Shown here: piece by piece, positions 52,385-56,479 of the stretch | How positions within the stretch are numbered: the first letter of the stretch is position 1 | Layout: every line of letters starts with the position of its first letter | Source of the DNA: an uncultured virus (IMG/VR IMGVR_UViG_3300001041_000009) | Lineage: Duplodnaviria; Heunggongvirae; Uroviricota; Caudoviricetes | Virus record (IMG/VR): IMGVR_UViG_3300001041_000009 | Location: 62,001 to 118,479 of that record | Strand: one strand, 5' to 3' | Length of the DNA: 56,479 bases | Position numbers and translations under genes: made by a program | Notes under the pieces: model-generated | What the model saw: the letters and a program-made list of their open reading frames with translations, nothing else | Database searches by the model: none | What the model was told of the DNA's origin: nothing

Positions 52385-54971
52385 ATGGCTAGAAAATTTG
52401 ATTATGATGTAGACACCAGAAATATATCATTTCTACAGACTGCAATGGATTTACGACAACTTGGTATTAAGAATAATATGTTCTTTTTGAAACTCTATGA
52501 TATGTCATTAAGGGGAGTCGATCCATACTCCCCTTTTTTAACCGACGAACAAATATTCAGAATAATTAATGAGTGTCTTGTTAATCCATGGTATTTTTTA
52601 AGGGAAGTTTGTTTAATCCCAGATCAAGGTGGAACTGGAATTCCGTATCAATTAAATAGGGCGAATTTAGCTGCTACTTGGTGTTTCCTAAATGGAATTG
52701 ATTTATATGAGGTAATTCCACGTCAAATAGGTAAAACACAGTCTGCTTTGGCAATTATTGATTGGAGCTTTTTGTTCGGGACAACAAATTCAGAAATGAT
52801 GTTTTTAAATAAGCGTCAAGAGGATGCTAATGATAATTTGTTGCGAATGAAAAAACAGAGAGATTTATTACCTAAATATTTACAATTTAAAGTTGTTTAT
52901 AATGATGAGGGTAAAAAAGTAGAAGGTGACGACAATGTCAAATCTCTCTCCAACCCAACTAATAATAATAAAATAATTGCCAAACCATCGGCTCGTTCAG
53001 TAGAAGGAGCTGAGGGTATCGGTCGCGGATCAACTCAGCCGATTCAGTACTGTGATGAAGTTGAATTTACCCTTTTTATTAAAACTATAGTTGAAGCATC
53101 GGGTCCAGCATATCTTACAGCCTCTCAAAATGCCAAAAGGAATAATGCCCAATATGGACGTATTTTCACAAGTACACCTTTAACTAGGGCTATGTGATGG
53201 TGATATCACATAGGATTTTCTTTAATTGCGGGGAACCTCTTAGAGTCTAGACTATCAAACTATTATATTTCTATAATAGTGGCTGGGAGTAATTAACCTA
53301 GATTAAGATAATAATGTTTAGAATTGGACAATCCGCAGCCAAGTCTCTGTTTAATATTTAAATAAGATTATACATTCAATTAAACTAATTAATAAAAGAA
53401 GGAGGAAATCGATACTATGCATATTATAATAGCTATGGAAAAGGAAGAATTCAGGCCAGTTACTTATCCGAATATACAAAAAGATAGGTATATGATTAGT
53501 AATTATGGGAAAGTGTTTGATATTAAGAAAGATAAAATACGGAAAATTAATTTTAGAGATAAAAATGGATATGTTAAGATACATTTAAGAGATAATGATA
53601 ATGTCAGAAGATATATAGGTGTGCATCGATTAGTTGCATGGGAATTTTGTAAAGGTTTTGATGAAACTGTCGGGAGGATTATTGTAAATCATAAAGACAG
53701 TAATACTGAAAATAATTATTTTGAAAATTTGGAATGGACAACATATTCGGAAAATAATTTACACGCGGTTGATCATGGGAATAATTATTGTAGAGGAATT
53801 AGTAACAATAATAATGTTTATAGTGAGGAAACAATTAGAGAAATATGTAATATGCTGACACAAAAGTTATCTATGATGAAAATTATGAATTTTTATGGTT
53901 ATAAAGAAAAGAAAGAAAATAATAGTTTTTACGCACTAATTATTGCAATAAAGCATAGGAAACTTTGGAATCACATTAATAAAGAATATAACTATTAAGC
54001 AGAGAAAGGTTCAACGACTAAATAGTAGGGCTCAAGTGAGTGGGTAAAAAAATCCCTTAAATCGAAATAAGAAACTCTCTTATTGATGAGTAATTACTTT
54101 ATTAAGAGATGAAGATATAGTCTAGTATCCTAAAGAAACTTAGGGATGTCCGTATGGACTATATGAATTAACGATTCATATGAATATAAACGGGAGATTT
54201 AGATACTTCAGCAGGTCAGGACGCATTAAAGATTATCGCTACAACTTGTCGTTGGACTGAAAAGTTTTATGATTGGACTAAAGAAGATTTAGATGAATAT
54301 ATTGCAATTAATTCTGAAAGTGGAATCGTCTATATTGAATACCAATATCAACAACTTGGTAAAGATGAAATATGGTTTAAAAGTATCTGTCAGATCTTAC
54401 TGAATAATCCAGTAAAGATTAAAAGAGAGGTCTTCCTTCAAAGAATGAGGGGTTCATCCGAATCTCCTTTCCCCGCAGAAGATTTGGCCACTATTGAAGA
54501 AATGAAGAAGCCAATTAAGGAAGAAATATTTATAAATAAACTATTTAAATTAGATATATATGAACCCTTGAAGAAAGATAGGATATACTTCGTTGGAGTT
54601 GATACCTCTAATGGTTATGGTAAAGATAATACTGCCGTTACGGTATTTGACCCATATACTATAAAACCTGTTGCTGAATTTAAATCACCATATATAGGTG
54701 TAGTTCAGACTATTAAATTTATAACTACTCTTATCAAACATCATATCCCTAAGTCTATATTATGTATAGAACGTAATTTTAATGGTGAAGCCATAATGGA
54801 TTCTTTAAAATTAACAGATATACGCTCTAATTTATACTTTGATAATGATAAAGATCTTGTTTCATCCGGACTTGATGATAAACTTGACTCAGAAGGTATG
54901 TTAAAATTAGAATCAGCTAGACGAAAACTATATGGTGTTTGGACCGGAGATAAGTCCAGAGAAGTTATGAT
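52385..54971 (+). CDS. terL: Terminase large subunit (exons 52385-53179, 54193-54971; further exon(s) beyond window)
   Basis: PRQIGKT Walker A, YCDE Walker B, FTSTP|GDLD, nuclease FVGVD and CIERN. Confidence 0.9.
53180..54192 (+). mobile_element. Group I intron with HNH homing endonuclease in P6 loop
   Basis: P1 CCU/GGG; P/Q/R/S; TCTCTGTTTAATA..TATTAAGCAGAGA brackets the ORF; ends ..TAAACG. Confidence 0.92.
53417..53998 (+). CDS. NUMOD4-HNH homing endonuclease
   Basis: YMISNYGKV; VHRLVA..VNHKDS..NN..NLEW..N..HA. Confidence 0.92.
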   Translation: MHIIIAMEKEEFRPVTYPNIQKDRYMISNYGKVFDIKKDKIRKINFRDKNGYVKIHLRDNDNVRRYIGVHRLVAWEFCKGFDETVGRIIVNHKDSNTENNYFENLEWTTYSENNLHAVDHGNNYCRGISNNNNVYSEETIREICNMLTQKLSMMKIMNFYGYKEKKENNSFYALIIAIKHRKLWNHINKEYNY

Positions 54972-56479
54972 TCATGTATGAGTCACGTTGCATAGTAATA
55001 TGTAATTGAAACTACTTTAATTGCGGGAAACTCCTTAGTGCTTAAACTACAACAAAGTAACAATGTTTAAGATTGGACAATCTGCAGCCAATGATCTATT
55101 TATAGATTTAGGTTCAACGACTATCCGTAAAGGAGTAGGGCTCAAGTGAGTGGGTGAGAATCCCTTAAATCGAAATGGGTGGCCCCATTATAATTATTAT
55201 TATAATGGGTGAAGATATAGTCTGTGCTTTAAGGAAACTTAGAGAATAACTTAACCGTAAGTCTTACTAATTCATTCCTAATACAATTATATTATACCTT
55301 TAACAAATAATATAAGAAAGGAGGTGAATAAAAATTGATTAAGACTTTTAAAACAAGAATACGACCAACTAAAGAACAAGTAACATATTTAAACAAATGC
55401 TTTGGTTATAGACGATTTGTATATAATAATACTTTAGAGTATTTTAATAAGATCCTAGAATTTAATGGTAATATTGTAGATAAAGATTTAAGGAAGTTCT
55501 TTGATAAATTTGATTTTATTACTCATATATATTCTAAGAAAGAAAAGGAACCTGGATTTGAATGGACTGGAGAATATAATAAGTCTATAAAAAATGAAAC
55601 GGTTAGTGATGTTAACTTAGCCGTTAATAAGTTCTTTAAAGATATTAAAAATAAGCAGCGATGTAAACTACATTTCAAAAGAAAGATTCATGGAAATGGT
55701 TCTTTTAGAATATATATTAAGCAAGCTGCTGTTAAGATTCTCGATAAAAATAAATTCTCTTTTATTATTAATAGAGAATATGGGCATATGGAATTAAAAA
55801 CATATGAAGATATAAGCTTCTTATATCATCATGAGATGAAAACAATGAGTATTAGTATGGAGAATTTTAAATATTATGTATCATTCACATATGAAATAGA
55901 TAATCCAAGTCATAACCATGAGAAAAATACTATAGGTATAGACCTAGGGATACATAATCCAGTAGTTTGTTTTGATGGAAAAGATATCATAAATCCTAAA
56001 TTTCCGAAAGGGAAGATTAAGAAACTAGAGAAGAAAACTGATAAGCTTTCGGAAATAGTTTCTAAGAAGAAATATGATAAACGTAATCCATCAAAGAACT
56101 ATATAAAAGCGAGAACCAAGCTTAATGATATTCACGCCAAAATAGTGAATATTAGAATGGATTATATTCAGAAGGTATCTACATTCTTAGCCAAGACCTA
56201 TAGAAACGTAGTAGTTGATGAATTTAGTTTTAAAGATTTATTAACAGAGTCTGATGGTATTAAGCGTATTAATAGGGGTATTCATAGAGTTGGAGCCTTT
56301 ACGTTTACGCAGGTGTTAAAATATAAATGTCGTTTTTATGGTAGTGAATATATTTTAGCAGAACCGAATAGTACCATTACATGCTCTGTTTGTAATCATA
56401 AAGTTAAAACTAAAATGAAGTTATCTCAAAGAGTCTTTAATTGCCCACAATGTGGACATATAGATGATAGAGATAACAA
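54972..56479 (+). mobile_element. Group I intron carrying tnpB (IStron-like; 3' end beyond window)
   Basis: P1 UGAU/GUCA; core TTAATTGCGGGAAA, AATCTGCAGC, GTTCAACGACTA, AAGATATAGTC; P9 hairpin followed by tnpB. Confidence 0.88.
55335..56479 (+). CDS. tnpB: TnpB RNA-guided endonuclease, intron-encoded (partial)
   Basis: TTG start after AAAGGAGGTG; close paralog of 18805..20037; GIDLG, VDE, CSVC..CPQCG, DRDN at window end. Confidence 0.92.
   Translation, partial: MIKTFKTRIRPTKEQVTYLNKCFGYRRFVYNNTLEYFNKILEFNGNIVDKDLRKFFDKFDFITHIYSKKEKEPGFEWTGEYNKSIKNETVSDVNLAVNKFFKDIKNKQRCKLHFKRKIHGNGSFRIYIKQAAVKILDKNKFSFIINREYGHMELKTYEDISFLYHHEMKTMSISMENFKYYVSFTYEIDNPSHNHEKNTIGIDLGIHNPVVCFDGKDIINPKFPKGKIKKLEKKTDKLSEIVSKKKYDKRNPSKNYIKARTKLNDIHAKIVNIRMDYIQKVSTFLAKTYRNVVVDEFSFKDLLTESDGIKRINRGIHRVGAFTFTQVLKYKCRFYGSEYILAEPNSTITCSVCNHKVKTKMKLSQRVFNCPQCGHIDDRDN

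Noticed and set aside
1..56479. tRNA, rRNA, group II intron or tnpA genes
   Set aside because: No cloverleaf, rRNA, reverse transcriptase, or Y1/serine transposase signature recognised

Overview
AT-rich 56-kb segment of a jumbo myophage of the AR9/PBS1 (phiKZ-related) type, probably infecting a Firmicute. It encodes split multisubunit RNA polymerase beta' subunits, a putative gp226-like promoter-specificity subunit, a GroEL-like chaperonin, primase, part of a split family-B DNA polymerase, an SF2 helicase, a prohead protease, the major capsid protein, terminase and tail proteins. Two promoter motifs recur: TATATATTAT (early-like) and AACA-N6-TA (AR9 late-like). I mapped ten group I introns by hand in four genes; they leave micro-exons of 9, 19, 36 and 85 nt, and one 9-nt exon supplies the centre of the RNAP DYDGD catalytic motif. 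The most unusual system is a terminase group I intron that carries an RNA-guided TnpB nuclease in its P9.1 loop where sibling introns carry HNH or GIY-YIG homing endonucleases. A second, free-standing tnpB copy still carries the intron's 3' pieces, and an orphan copy of the same putative omegaRNA/intron 3' end sits elsewhere with a different guide. Splice sites and folds are manual predictions; no database searches were run.
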